NCBI GenBank assembly: GCA_048213135.1 | Contig: PS015137.1 | Coordinates: 25,880-78,770 of the forward strand | Reading direction: 5' to 3' | Origin: Reclinomonas americana ATCC 50394 | Taxonomy: Eukaryota | DNA length: 52,891 nt | Part shown: one piece after another, positions 22,583 to 36,145 of the stretch | Position numbering within the stretch: position 1 is the stretch's first letter | Layout of the letters: the number at the start of each line of letters is the position of its first letter | Notes under the pieces: generated by a model | Told to the model about the DNA's origin: nothing | Databases searched by the model: none | Seen by the model: the letters and a program-made list of their open reading frames with translations, nothing else | Program-made: the position numbers and the translations under genes

Positions 22583-23930
22583 ATGAGCTCTCAAGCCGCG
22601 CTGCTGCTCCAGAGACAACTGGCAGGTGCGTGCGTTTGTGTGTGCGTGTGAGGCGCACTTTTGTGTCAGTGTGTGTGGGTGTTTTGTGAAAGTTGAGAGA
22701 AAAGAATCACGTCTGCTCTTGCGTGTGTATGTGTGGTTCTGGGAGAGAGAGGGAGGTGCACCTCGACAGCTGTGGTTGACACGTCTGATGAAAAACGGTC
22801 GGTGCACGCTCTCTTTCATGTTTGCCGCTTTCCTCTTTTCGCCTCCTCCAATCACATCCGCGTCGTGTGCGGCATTGCGTGCGGTGTGTGCGTGTGTTTG
22901 CTTCTGCGCGGTGTCTTGTCGACGGCAAGTGCGAGATGGCCATGTGATCCTCGCCTTGTTCCAACAGCACACATGCACGTACACATGTGCATTGCAGTCG
23001 TGCCACGCAGATACATGCACTCTTTGTGTCTCCTTCTTCTGTCGCCGACGACTTTTTCTCTTGTGTGAATGATGTCGTCATCCAAGCTGATGTATTTTTG
23101 GTCAATCATCTTCATCCTCGTCTTACACATGCGGACAACACGGCCTCATCGCTGTTGTCGTCTCTTGCATGCGCAGAGTTGTCGAAGAGTCCTGTGGATG
23201 GTTTCTCTGCGGGTCTGGCCGATCCCGGCGACAACATCTTTGACTGGGAGATCTTCATTGTGGGCCCGCATGACACGTTGTAGTTGCGTGCTCGTCAACG
23301 CCTTGGCTTCTCTCTCTGTGTGTGTGTGTGTGTGTGGCTCACTGCTGGCNNNNNNNNNNNNNNNNNNNNNNNNNNNNNNNNNNNNNNNNNNNNNNNNNNN
23401 NNNNNNNNNNNNNNNNNNNNNNNNNNNNNNNNNNNNNNNNNNNNNNNNNNNNNNNNNNNNNNNNNNNNNNNNNNNNNNNNNNNNNNNNNNNNNNNNNNNN
23501 NNNNNNNNNNNNNNNNNNNNNNNNNNNNNNNNNNNNNNNNCGTGCATTGTTCTGTGCCGCTCGCGACTTGTTTTACTTCTCCTCCTGTTGTGTGGAATCA
23601 CATCATTGTTCGCTGCTGCTCTTGTCTTGCTCTCCCCTTGTCTTTGTGGTGTACTTCTGCCTCCTCCTCCCTTTGTATCTCTCTTCCCTCTCCCTCTCCC
23701 TCCTCTCCTCACTCTATCTCCCTCTCCTCCCTCCTCCCCCTCCCTCTCCCTCATCCCTCTCCCTTACTCTCCCTCTCCCTCTCCCTCTCCCTTCGTCTCC
23801 CTCTCTCTCTCTCCTCCCTCCTCCCTCACCCCCTCTCCCTCTCCCTCTCCCATCACAGCGCATGTGGCGAGACAACCCAGACGGCTTCAAGCGCGAGGTC
23901 GCCCGACTGGTGCGACGGAGTCAAGAGTGA
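22583..23930 (+). CDS. UBE2G: Ubiquitin-conjugating enzyme E2, UBE2G/Ubc7-like (middle exons lost in gap)
   Basis: MSSQAALLLQRQLA-E-LSKSPVDGFSAGLADPGDNIFDWEIFIVGPHDTLY and a C-terminal MWRDNPDGFKREVARLVRRSQE* match the UBE2G1 pattern. The catalytic region falls in the N gap. Confidence 0.88.
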
Positions 23931-24161
23931 GCCTCCCACTCTCCGTCGGTGTGGTCGGAAATCGGGCGGGACGCTGTACGATGTGTGTGTGGAAAGTGTG
24001 GTGTGTGGTGCCTCCTCGGCGCTAATCGGCTGACTGCGCAGCAAGTCGACGTTTGCTGTCAAGGTTATGCTGCAATTCTGTGAATGCTTGTTGGCTGTAG
24101 GGTGGTGTGTTTGTACATGACAGTGGATCAAGAAGAACATGACTACACAATAGTTTTGTTT

Positions 24162-26533
24162 TCATTCGTCCTCGAACTTGAACTGCGTGGGGTGCGAGTG
24201 TGGTTATGAGAGGTAGAGTGATGCGAGAGCAGTGCTACGACTAGCGCAACTCGTTTTAGTGGTGGCGGCGGCACGGCATCGTCGTCGTCATCCTCGTCCT
24301 CCTCGTCGTCGTCTCCACCGTCGCCGCGGTCTTGCTCCATGCGTGCCAACGCTGCATGGTACTGGTCGAGCTCGGTCTCTCGAGAGCGGCGATGGGGCGA
24401 TGTGCGCTTGCGAGAGAACGTGGTGGTGCGCAGCGATTTCTCCGTGGTCGGCGTCTGCAGTCGGAAGACAAATAGAGAGGAAAAGGAGGGGATGAGAGGC
24501 TCTTCATCTGACGCGCACATCGCTGGCGTACCAGATCGTGGGAGCTCCACAGGGTGCCAGTGGTGCCGGTGGAACTCGTCCGCTCCACCGCCGCAGCCCC
24601 CGCTGCTGCCGACTGTTGCACATCGGCATCGTCGGCGTCGAGTGCACCCGATTCGTCGACACCGTAGTCGCCATCGTCCGGCAGCGCCTCGGCGTGCTCC
24701 GAGTGCACTGAGGGCGAACATCAGCACTCAAATACATTGCACGATGATCCTTGCGACTCACCTCGCATGCCTGGCGGCACTTCCTCCAGCAGACCGACCC
24801 CAGCACCGTGATTGGTGGTTGGTGCACGCAGTCGCGTGTTCTTGACGCCAGCCGAAGCCGCCCTCGGTGGTCTCACATCGTCCTCGAGTGAGCTCATCGA
24901 GGCCAGCGGTGGCTGCGCAGGCGCAGACGGAGCGGCCATGGCGGCTGCCGTGTTGACCGACGGCGCCGGCTCGTCTTCGTCGGAGGATGAGTCGTCGGCC
25001 TCGGCATCCTCGTCGGAGAGCGACGTGGCCACCACCAGCACGGCTGACCAGGTGGCCTCGGGGTCCTCGGTGGTGATCAGGATCTGCTCGTCGTGTGAGG
25101 CGGAAGGAAATGGCGATTTTTAGCATGGCATGCCACACGCAACTGGTCGGCCGCTGCGATCGCGAAAGAAGAAGTCGACCCACAGATTGAGACCCTCGGC
25201 CAGCGACAAAAAGTTGCGACACTCCTTGACGACAAAGGCCAGCGTCACGTGATCGCGTCGTTGTTCTACAGGGGCCTCGGGATCCTGTCGGGACGTGAGA
25301 ACACGAGAGTGGGGGGCGCAGCAGCGAGGAGACATGCACTGCTGCTTACCCATGGCACGCGAAAGTCACGCAGGTCGGCAGAACTCAGCGTGACCACCGT
25401 GTCCACTGGCGCTGCCGTCGACGCTGATCCGGCCTGCAGTAACACACGCCGAATGAGACACTTGGCAATCATCGTTTCCCGCTCACCAACAACTCACCGA
25501 AGCCACAGCGGCGGCGACACTCGACACCTGTGCGGCGCCATTGGCGGCCGACTCGTCTGGATTCTGCGTGCGCATCTCCAGCGTGTCGGCCGTGATGGAC
25601 AGACGCAGCAGGCGATCGCCAGTGGTCGCCGACAGCGAGTGGAACTTGGCAAAGCAGCCGGAGAGCAGTGTCGACGGGCACGAGAAGTGGCCGAGAAACT
25701 TTTTCGGCTCGTACACGGCCTGCACGATCTCACACTCTTCGGCATTGACGCGGAATGTCTTGACCAGACCTGGGAAAGGGAAGAGAGAGATGAGCAGATG
25801 GCGAGGATGGTAAGGCAAAGGGGGATTGGCGAAACCTCGGGCGCACGGCATGGTCACCACCACGTGCGATCGAGCGCTGTCAAAACTCAGCGTGACATGG
25901 TCGACGGTGGTGATGCTGCGGAATGTGGTGAGGAACGGCTGCGCGCACATACACACAGTATGTCAGTGGAGAGTGGGCGAGGAAGAGAGAGGGGGAGGGA
26001 GGAATAGGACGCGTACCTTGACCAGCAAGCGAAACTTGCGCGGCGTGTTGACCGCGTACGAGGCGAAAAAGTGTCGATTGAGAGTGGTGAGGAGAAAGGC
26101 GGACTTGGAGGGGTTGAGGGCGCGGAGCTTGATCTGTGCAAAGGAGATAGGGGGTGAGAAGGAGACGAGGAGGCGATTGAGGAGAAGAGAGGGCGTGTAT
26201 TGGAAGGCAGGGTAAAGAAGAATGGATCGATGGAGGATGCAAAAGGGGCGAGAGGGAAAGAGTGAAAAGTGATAGACNNNNNNNNNNNNNNNNNNNNNNN
26301 NNNNNNNNNNNNNNNNNNNNNNNNNNNNNNNNNNNNNNNNNNNNNNNNNNNNNNNNNNNNNCCGAGTCGCGTGTCACTTCAAAGTACAACTCATCGGCCG
26401 AGTGCTTTGCGAGAGACTTGATGATGCGCACAAGCAGGCGCACATGAGGTTTAGGCAGCACTGCAATGAAGCAAGGAGGTGCGGCGACAGGTGGAGGAGC
26501 AGCAGCGGAAGGTGCACGACTTCTGCTCGCCAT
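24162..26533 (-). CDS. RAD9: RAD9 subunit of the 9-1-1 checkpoint clamp, with acidic disordered tail
   Basis: RIIKSLAK...DELYFE; LRALNPSKSAF...FFASY; GLVKTFRV...CEIVQA; AFVVKECRNFLSLAEGLNLWVDFFF...GRPILI...AVLVVAT. These follow the Rad9 PCNA-like fold pattern. Confidence 0.85.
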
Positions 26534-26822
26534 TGTTTGCTTCAAGTGCGGGTGAGCAAACCTCATGACGTCACATTCCCGCACACGCGAATTGTCCTGC
26601 AGACAACTCAAAATTGAACACCAACTCAGTCGTTTGCACAACAGAAAGGCACAGTTTAACGTGGTTGAACTCGAGAGAGAGCACATCGTGCTATTGATGA
26701 TCATGAGGCTAAATTGAGAAATTACAGTAATTACAGTACAGTTTCGAATTCTGGTGCTTCTTTCTTTTTTCAGTCCCGTTCATTAATCCTCACGCCCCGT
26801 GCCCTCATCCATTACAAACGAT

Positions 26823-27421
<599 letters not shown>

Positions 27422-28797
27422 GGCTTGCAATTGGTGGTGGTGGTGGTGAATGCAAAAGGGCGAAAGTGTGTGTCTTGGCTCAGAGATTGGAGGAGAATTC
27501 GGTGCTGTGTCCACCTCGGTCAACACGGCGCGAGACTAAAATGTGCCGGTCCGGTCCCGTCGCGTCCATGTCTGTCAAATCGGACAAGTCCCCGTCGACT
27601 CGCGTCCAGTTGACGCACTCAATCACCTTTAGACACACATGCACATGCACGCGCGCGCGCGAATCGCCTCCGGCAGAATGTCCCGATAAAGACTCGATTG
27701 TTCGCGATCGATATTGGCCAATCGATATTACGTATATGGATCAATCGCAACGGTGCTACTCTCCCACCGCAGCGACCAGAGTCTCGCAAGATGTCTCCCC
27801 GATGGCGTTTACATNNNNNNNNNNNNNNNNNNNNNNNNNNNNNNNNNNNNNNNNNNNNNNNNNNNNNNNNNNNNNNNNNNNNNNNNNNNNNNNNNNNNNN
27901 NNNNNNNNNNNNNNNNNNNNNNNNNNNNNNNNNNNNNNNNNNNNNNNNNNNNNNNNNNNNNNNNNNNNNNNNNNNNNNNNNNNNNNNNNNNNNNNNNNNN
28001 NNNNNNNNNNNNNNNNNNNNNNNNNNNNNNNNNNNNNNNNNNNNNNNNNNNNNNNNNNNNNNNNNNNNNNNNNNNNNNNNNNNNNNNNNNNNNNNNNNNN
28101 NNNNNNNNNNNNNNNNNNNNNNNNNNNNNNNNNNNNNNNNNNNNNNNNNNNNNNNNNNNNNNNNNNNNNNNNNNNNNNNNNNNNNNNNNNNNNNNNNNNN
28201 NNNNNNNNNNNNNNNNNNNNNNNNNNNNNNNNNNNNNNNNNNNNNNNNNNNNNNNNNNNNNNNNNNNNNNNNNNNNNNNNNNNNNNNNNNNNNNNNNNNN
28301 NNNNNNNNNNNNNNNNNNNNNNNNNNNNNNNNNNNNNNNNNNNNNNNNNNNNNNNNNNNNNNNNNNNNNNNNNNNNNNNNNNNNNNNNNNNNNNNNNNNN
28401 NNNNNNNNNNNNNNNNNNNNNNNNNNNNNNNNNNNNNNNNNNNNNNNNNNNNNNNNNNNNNNNNNNNNNNNNNNNNNNNNNNNNNNNGACTGGAACCCCG
28501 TGTGATCGATCAGATCAAGCAATTCAAAGTGCAACGTTGCGTGCCGACCGTTGGAGAAAGAATTTTTCAACGGTGACGAGAAAAGTCAGCCGCACACATT
28601 TCAGCACGCAGTCGGTGGGTGCTCTGTCGACAACTCCACATCTCTCTCTCACAAACACACACTCCCACTGTGCTCTTGTGATCCTCGTGCAGCTCACACA
28701 CCACGTCTCTTGCGACACAGAGGGCACGTTTCTTCTCCTTGTTGAATCCACCACCAAAGACCGCAGCAAGCGACACTGCAACAGAGTGTGAGCCACA

Positions 28798-29335
28798 ATG
28801 GCAGGTCGACTGAACGCCTTCAAGGTCTGTCTGGTGGTCTGCGTGCTCGTTGGCAGTGTGTGTGCGCTGCTGTGCTCAACATCGTTTTCCATGCGCACAG
28901 AATGTCAAGTTCCTCGGCAAAGTGAGTAAGGGCGACTGTGCACAGAAGAGAGCACCAGGGAAGAGAACGCTGTCTGCCTGTCTTGGTAACAGGGTCGTGG
29001 CACTCACTTGCACAACTCTATGCTTCTTCTGCCTTCTTGTCTCTCTTCCATCTTTCTTGCAACTGTTCACTGCTTGTGTCGCCTCCTTCCCTTCTCCCTC
29101 CCGTTCTCTTCTCCAAGAAGGGCCAGGTCTTGATCTCTTGCACATCGCCCTTGTCCTTCTTCCGCTTCTCTTGCTCGCTGTCATCTCTCCTTCTACTCCC
29201 TCCCTTTGCTCTTTGCCCTTGTCGTACCTCCTCCTCTCGCCCCCTTCCTGTTGTGCTCCCCTTGTTGTTCTTCCGCACTGTTATCTCTGACCCCTTCCTC
29301 TGTTCGTCGTCCCTGTCCTTCTATTCCCCTTCTCG

Positions 29336-29371
<36 letters not shown>

Positions 29372-31448
29372 NNNNNNNNNNNNNNNNNNNNNNNNNNNNN
29401 NNNNNNNNNNNNNNNNNNNNNNNNNNNNNNNNNNNNNNNNGTCCCTGTCCTTCTGCTTCTTCCGCTTCTCGTGCTCTTCTCTCATCTCCTCCCCCCTCCA
29501 CACAGGGAAGCTATGGAAGCGTCTCCAAGGTGGTACGCCTGGAGGACTCTCGCGAGTATGCGATGAAGGTTTCTCATCGCCGTCGCCCTCTCCACACAAG
29601 CTATCCCACGGGCGCTTACCACTCCCCTCCCTACAGAGCATCGACATCACGGCGATGAATCAGCGAGAGCGCGAGGAAGCCGCCAACGAAATCCGCATCC
29701 TGGCCAGCGTGCGCCACTACTACGTGATTCGCTACTACGAGGCCTTTGTGGAGGACTCGAAGCTGTACATTATCACCGAGTACGCTCGCGGCGGCGACTT
29801 GTACGCCAAGGTGCGTAGAGCAGTCAAATCTCTCCCTTGCGTCAGCACACAACTCTTATTCTCACACACATGCCTGCTCTCACAGGTGAAGCGCCAACGA
29901 GCCAAGAACCGCTACCTCGACGAGGATGACGTGTGGTCGTTCTTCATTCAGATTTGCCTCGGACTGCGTGCGCTGCACAACAAGAACATTCTGCACAGAG
30001 TTGGGTCGCCGTGCCTGCATCACGGCGCTTTGCTCACAAGTACTCACTCCGTGTGTCGCCTCCCCTTCCACAGGATCTGAAGAGCCCCAACATTTTCCTC
30101 ACCGGCAACGGCGACGAGATCAAAATCGGCGATCTCGGTGTGTCGCGTGTCCTCAAGAAGGACTCGGAGCTGGCACGCACACAAGTCGGCACGCCCTACT
30201 ACGTGAGTCCCGAAATCTGGAAGAACCGCCCCTACGACGCCAAGTGTGACATTTGGTCATTGGGTGCGTTGTCCATGGAAAATCAATGTTCGTTGTAGCT
30301 ACTTATGCTTCTCTCTTGGCGTCACACAGGTTGTTTGCTGTACGAGATGGCCGCTCTGAAGCGCCCCTTCGAGGCCGAAAACTTGAAGGCACTGGTGCAA
30401 AAGGTGTACACTGGTCGCTACCAGCCGCTGCCGAGCGTTTACGGCCCCGATCTGCACGAGATGGTGGCCATGCTCCTGCAAACCGATCCCTCTCGCCGCC
30501 CCAGCATTCAGGACATTCTCGAAATGCCGTCGGTGATGAGTCGCATGAAGTTGGTGCCGTTTGACGACACGGACGGCACTGGCGTGCTCTCCGAGGATGG
30601 TGCGCTGGCCGACGTGCCACTGCGCTCTACCATCAAGGTTTGCGAGAGTGCACGAGTGGAGGAGGCATGACGCTTACTCATTCTGTTGATTGTTCACCAG
30701 GTGCCGCGCAACCTTCGCAACTTGACCGCTCACTTGCCTTCACCGTGCTACTCGACAAAGAAGACGTCGAGCGCCGTCAACGCCGCTCGCAACATTGTCA
30801 AGGGCTACGTGAATCGCGAGCGACAAGGTTCTGGAAGTGCAAGCGCTGCGGCCGGGTCGAGTGGTGAGTCGCAGGCTCTGAATCACACGTCACGTATTTC
30901 GTGCTCATGCTCTCCTCGTCGTCAAGAAGAGAACAAGCCGGCAGTCCGCCTGCCCAATGTCAGCTCATCCGGCGCCGGCGACGATGGACCCTCTCTTCCG
31001 CCGCGTGCGCCTCTGCCACCGCGCCCGCGATCCACCGGTGGCGACAAGGAGAATCAGGCACGTGCACTGCTTAATTATTTCCTTCAACACAAGCGCCGAA
31101 TTGCTGACCGACTTGACACAGATGCCGCGTCGTCCTTCTCAGGCAGCGCCAGCACCCACTGCTCCGGCCTCCAATGTCATTCCCGTGAGCCGCCCGCCTC
31201 CCAAGCCCCCACTCAGCCGCTACAGCCAGGAGCGTCAGAGGTTCGCTGACCACATAGCGCGCACCTCAGTGGGCGATCTGTGGGCTTACCATACTTGCTC
31301 TCCTCCTTGTCGCAGACTGCTCGGTGGCATGGCACAAGCGCCGCGGCCTCCGCTGGGAGCCATGCCGCCGCCGGCACCAATGGCCAGTGTGGCACCGCCA
31401 GACAGACCGGCGGGACGACCGTCGGTTCCGCGATACTATCGCCGGTAA
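28798..31448 (+). CDS. NIMA-related (NEK family) Ser/Thr protein kinase with Pro-rich tail
   Basis: LGKGSYG, YAMK, EAANEIRILAS, ILHRDLKSPNIFL, KIGDLGVS (DLG variant), GTPYYVSPEIWKNRPYDAKCDIWSLG. TAA at 31446-31448. Confidence 0.93.
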
Positions 31449-31776
31449 GCTAACCTCGAGGACAGCAGACATTCGTGCGCAGCAACCGAGAAGGCCCCCC
31501 TGTCGCGGCCACGCTGGTGTTATGATTGCCGAATGTGCATATTGTGTGTGTTTGTTTTTTGTTGCTTGAACTGTAGTGTTGTTGTTTGTCTCTCTCTATT
31601 CCACATCGTGACATGTAACTTGTGTTGTTTTCTCTCTTCTCCTCCCCCCTACTTCAGTGTTTTGCTGTTGTGAAACCGTCATCATTGTCAATCGTCCGCA
31701 TTTTTCACTTGACATTGTTCATCTGCACATATTTTTTCTGATCGGAGAGTGCCGCCACGCACGGCACGGAAAAGTG

Positions 31777-33038
31777 TTACAAGTCCAGCCGACTGCTTCG
31801 CGCCCAGCCCTGGATGATGCGCACAATGTTTTCGGCCTCTGGATTCGTCGTCTGCAACAGCATTTGCATCACATCGCGGAGGAGTGCCGTTGACTCCTGC
31901 CCGGCCACAACTTGTTGGAAGATGCCCTGCGCGTGCATTCGTGAGCGGGGTGCCACGAAAGGACGGAGGAAATATAGTGCACGCAACAATGCACGCTCCG
32001 CGCTTGCCCTCCCAGTACTCGGGGTTCGGGTCGAGGCGCTCGAGCACGTCAAACGCCTTGGCCGAATAGAAGAACTGATTCACGCGGTAGCAGTCGTTGG
32101 CGATGAGCTGCAGCAGCGCAAAGCTCTCCGTCGACGTGTCCATGCGCAGGTAAAGCTCCCAGGCCATCTTCGACTTCTTGTTGAAAATGAAGCAGCGCGC
32201 CAGCCACGACAGGTACGCGTACTGCAGCAGCACACAGAGAGAGATGATGATGAGACGCACAGAAACCAACAAAACCACTGCACAGCCTGCCTCTTCGTAA
32301 TAACAGACCTCCGACTTGTACTTTTCCGACTGGATGCTGAGCAACTTCTCCTCGGCCTCCTCGAACTGACCGCACGACGCCAACGCAATGCCGTAGTTCC
32401 AGTTGAAATCGTCGTCCTGGTAAAAGTACGACTTGATGGACTTGAGGTAGAGCAGCACGTCGTCAAACTGCTTCAGCAGGAAGAAACACGATGCCATGCA
32501 TTGCCGACCGGGTATGGTGTCGCACTCCGAGGCCGAGGCGCCCACCAGCTGGAAGTACTGCTGCGCCATCTTGAGGTGCTCGGGGGAGTCCTCGATTTGG
32601 CCCACGGCCGCGTTCACCACGCCCTTCAGGATGTACTCCTAAGAGGGAGAGGGGGTTAAACGGGAAGGGAGTGAAGGGGAAGGGAGAGGGAGAGGGAGAG
32701 GGAAGAGGAAAGAGGAAAGAGGAAAGAGGAAAGAGGGAAGAGGGAAGAGGGAAGAGGGAAGAGGGAAGAGGGAGAGGGAGAGGGAGTGGGAGTGGGAGTG
32801 GGTGAAACGGGAAAAGGGAAGGCATAGAGAAATGGAAGCGGAAGGAGGAAAGATTGAAAGCGAGAAGAAAGAAGAAAAAGGAGAAGGAGAAAAGAAAGAG
32901 AAGGAGGAATGCACATGCCAAGTACAATAACCTGTAAGAGGAAGGTACACCAACTATAAAGAGAGAGAGAAGAGCTGCGGAGAGTCGGGCAGAAAAAGAG
33001 AGCGAAGTCGCAGAGTTCACAAGCGATAACGGTGCGAC

Positions 33039-33086
<48 letters not shown>

Positions 33087-35177
33087 AGAGCGAGCAGACA
33101 GAAAGACTGAGAGATGAATTGGCAGAGGGAGGGAGGGAGAGAGAGAGAGAAAAGGTAACTTACGATTGACCGATAGACACAAAGACACAATGTGTAGAGG
33201 ACAGAAGCGCACTGACGGTAGAGAGAGCAAGAAAACGCAGTTGGCATCTAAGAACTCACCTGCGGGAGCACGGGCTCCAGGTCGCGGAGGAGTTCGTCGG
33301 CCTCCTTCACCTCGTCATTGCGGAGGTGGTAGATGGCCAAGTTGAGTCGCGCCTCGGGGATGATGTCGAGCAGTGGGTAGAGGACCTTGCCGGCGTTCTC
33401 GCCATTGCGGAACACCACCAGGTTGTGCTTCACCAGATCGTTCTCGTAGTTGTAGGCGGCGCTCTGCAGGTCCATCAGCACCTTCAACTCCTCCTCGGCC
33501 ACCTGCGAGGGAGATGAGTTGGCGACGGAAAGAACAACGGATGAGCATGTGCGTTCTCATATCTGCACACCTTGCCGTTGTACAGGCGGAACTTGTTGCA
33601 TGCCTTCAGGTTGATGGCAATGGCACTGTCGGGGAACTTTTGCAAGTACGCCTCCAGCACCTCCAGCGACACGTCGTAGTAGTCGAGCTTGTAGTAGCAG
33701 AGTGCAATGTACACGTTGAGGGCGAGATACTCGCTGCGCAGCAGACAAAAGAGTCAGCCGACAGAGCACACGAGTGCAGCACTCCCACACGAACCGATGC
33801 TCCAACAGCTTCTTCTTGTAGATCTCGGTGGCCTCCTGGAAGTGGCTGCGCAAGTAGTGAATCGAGGCCAAGCTCAGCTGGTCCTCGAGTGTGTCGTGCA
33901 GCTTCTGGTGGTACATCATCAGCTTGTTCTCGTCGTTGAACTTGTGTGCCAGGTGGAACAGCAGGCGTGTTTGAAGGGAGCATTGAGGACCTGTGGTGGG
34001 GGAGAGGGAGAGGGAGAGGGAAAAGGGAGCATGAGATGGAGAGGCAACGTTGCCTGCAACAGAGAAATCAACACGATCCCACCCCAGAGAACATTGATTT
34101 CGCCCTTTCTGTGTCTCACGTCAAGAGAGGGAGAGAGATAGTTTCCACTTTCTACTTCACACTGAGAGCGAAGGCGAGGAAGAGAAACACTGCCAACAAC
34201 AGAGAATACAAGCACGAATCAAAGAATTCTCACTTTCGGCGACGCACACAAAGCAAGAGTTGCAGAGACGAAGGGAGGGAGATGCCGCCAGCAACAGAGA
34301 ACTCAAGTCATTAACATTAATTACCACAATCTGTGTGAGTGAAGGAGAGGGAGATAGAAAGAGAGGAAGTGTAGCGAACTCAGCACGATCTCTCGCCACG
34401 CAGCAAGAGTGAGCGGAAGGCTTAGTCTCTGAACGCTGGGGAAAAACAGTGAAAAGAGCGAACCCTCCCTCCCTCCTCCCCCAAATCAAGAGTTGTAGAG
34501 ACGGAGGGAGGGAAATGCCACCAACAACAGAGAACTCAAGTCATTAACATTAATTACCACATGCTGTGCGAGTGCAGGAAGCGCAGCGAACTCAGCACGA
34601 ACTCTCGCCACGCAGCAAGAGTGAGCAAAAATGTACAGTCTCTGACAGGTGGGAGAGACAAGGGAACACAAGGCACTCTCTCTCCCCCTTCTCCCTCCCT
34701 TCGGCCCACTCACCTTTCAGCGCCTCCGCCTCGGCCTCCTTGTACATGCCCAGATAAAAGTAGCAGCAGCCGAGATACAAATGATTGCGCGGATCAGCGG
34801 CCACGGCCGCAGATCCCGCTGCCGCCGACGAACCCGACGCGCCTCCTCCTCCGCCACTCGGTTTGATCGCCTCCTGGTACACCTCCATCGATTTTTTGTA
34901 GTCGCCCAGATGGAAGGCGCAGTAGCCGAGCCATGGTAAGATCGGGTACTTTTCGTCGGTTTGCCCAGAGTTGCGGTAGAACTGGGAGGGACGAGAACGA
35001 GAGAGGGTGAGAGGAGACCAATGTCCGGTTTCATGAGGAGATCTCAAGCACAAGCACAAAAAGTACGCACACAGACGAACGCACTCTCTCTGACACATCT
35101 CTCTCTCTCTCACGCACACAAAACACACACTCAAGATCAACAGTTGCTCTTGCACTCCTCTCTCTCTCTCTCACACA

Positions 35178-35210
<33 letters not shown>

Positions 35211-35458
35211 GATCAACACACGTACACACACAAGATCAACACAACCTCGCTGTCTCCCCTCCCCTTTTCCTCCCCCTCTCCTCCCCTTCTCCTCTTTTCC
35301 TCTCTCCCTTCTCCCCGCACACTGACCTCCAACAGCGCAATAGCACCCGTGTAATCGCGCTTCTCCACAAAGCTCTCCAGCTCAAGCTTCCTCTGCTTTC
35401 GCTGTTGTGGCACCGCTGGTCCACCAGTGTTCGCGGGCTTGGCGCGACTCAAGTTCAT
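31777..35458 (-). CDS. TTC26: Intraflagellar transport protein 56 (TTC26/DYF-13)
   Basis: [112 protein letters not shown]. Confidence 0.97.
34255..34626. repeat. Duplicated ~140-160 bp segment inside TTC26 intron 2
   Basis: caacagagaactcaagtcattaacattaattaccaca and agcgaactcagcacga..tctcgccacgcagcaagagtgagc each occur twice (~34255-34415 and ~34487-34626). Confidence 0.85.
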
Positions 35459-35770
35459 TCTTTGTGTGTGATGAGAAGGGGGGAAGGAGAGAAAGGCACA
35501 AGAGAGAGACAACAAAACGCGCGCGATTGTGACGGTTGGGCAGCAATTTCGTGAAATGGCGACTGTAATCTTGCTGGCATCTACAGTAACCGTCAGCAAC
35601 TCTTACAAATCCAAACAGCAACACAGCTGCATAATGATCACCATCTTGATTGAGTACCAGAAATTGAGACTGCATGGAAACAGTGAGAAAAGGTCGAAAT
35701 AACAATTACCAAAACATCAACACAAGCGCCAGTCTTGAGGCAGCAGCAGGTTCCTTGTGGGTGTATGTGT

Positions 35771-35927
35771 TCGCTCACGGATCTTCGCAGCGAACAAGTC
35801 GAGAACTGCGATCTTCACCGCATAAGCGCACTTGCATAGACGCATAGCATCTTCTGCGATCGTACAAGACGCATCCACTCTTGGGAAAGAGACAGAGCCA
35901 GGCAAACAAAGCACAGCTCGCTCCGGG
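35771..35927 (-). repeat. Dispersed non-coding element, copy A
   Basis: The reverse complement aligns with 49706-49876 (ttgtttgcctggct...tgtacgatcgcagaa...atgcgtctatgcaagtgcg...cttatgcggtgaagatc(g/a)cagttctcgacttgttcg). Confidence 0.85.
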
Positions 35928-36145
35928 ATCAGCGAAGTAACCAAAGCAGTGGTACACGACTGACTTCAGTGAACACTGCTCTCCTCCTCACTTCACGTCA
36001 TGTACAAACACTTGCTGCGCACTTCCGCATTCATTTTCGCAACCACATCGCACCAACACAATCTACAACACACTTCAGTGCACACAAACTAGTTCTCCAT
36101 CGCAAAACAATTTTCTTTCCCTCAGTCCAGCTTATTACTTCTTCC

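Noticed and set aside
27694-27732. Clustered TCGAT/ATCGAT near-palindromes upstream of UBE2D
   Set aside because: Could be promoter elements, but they are imperfect, adjacent to a gap and unsupported by recurrence, so not called.
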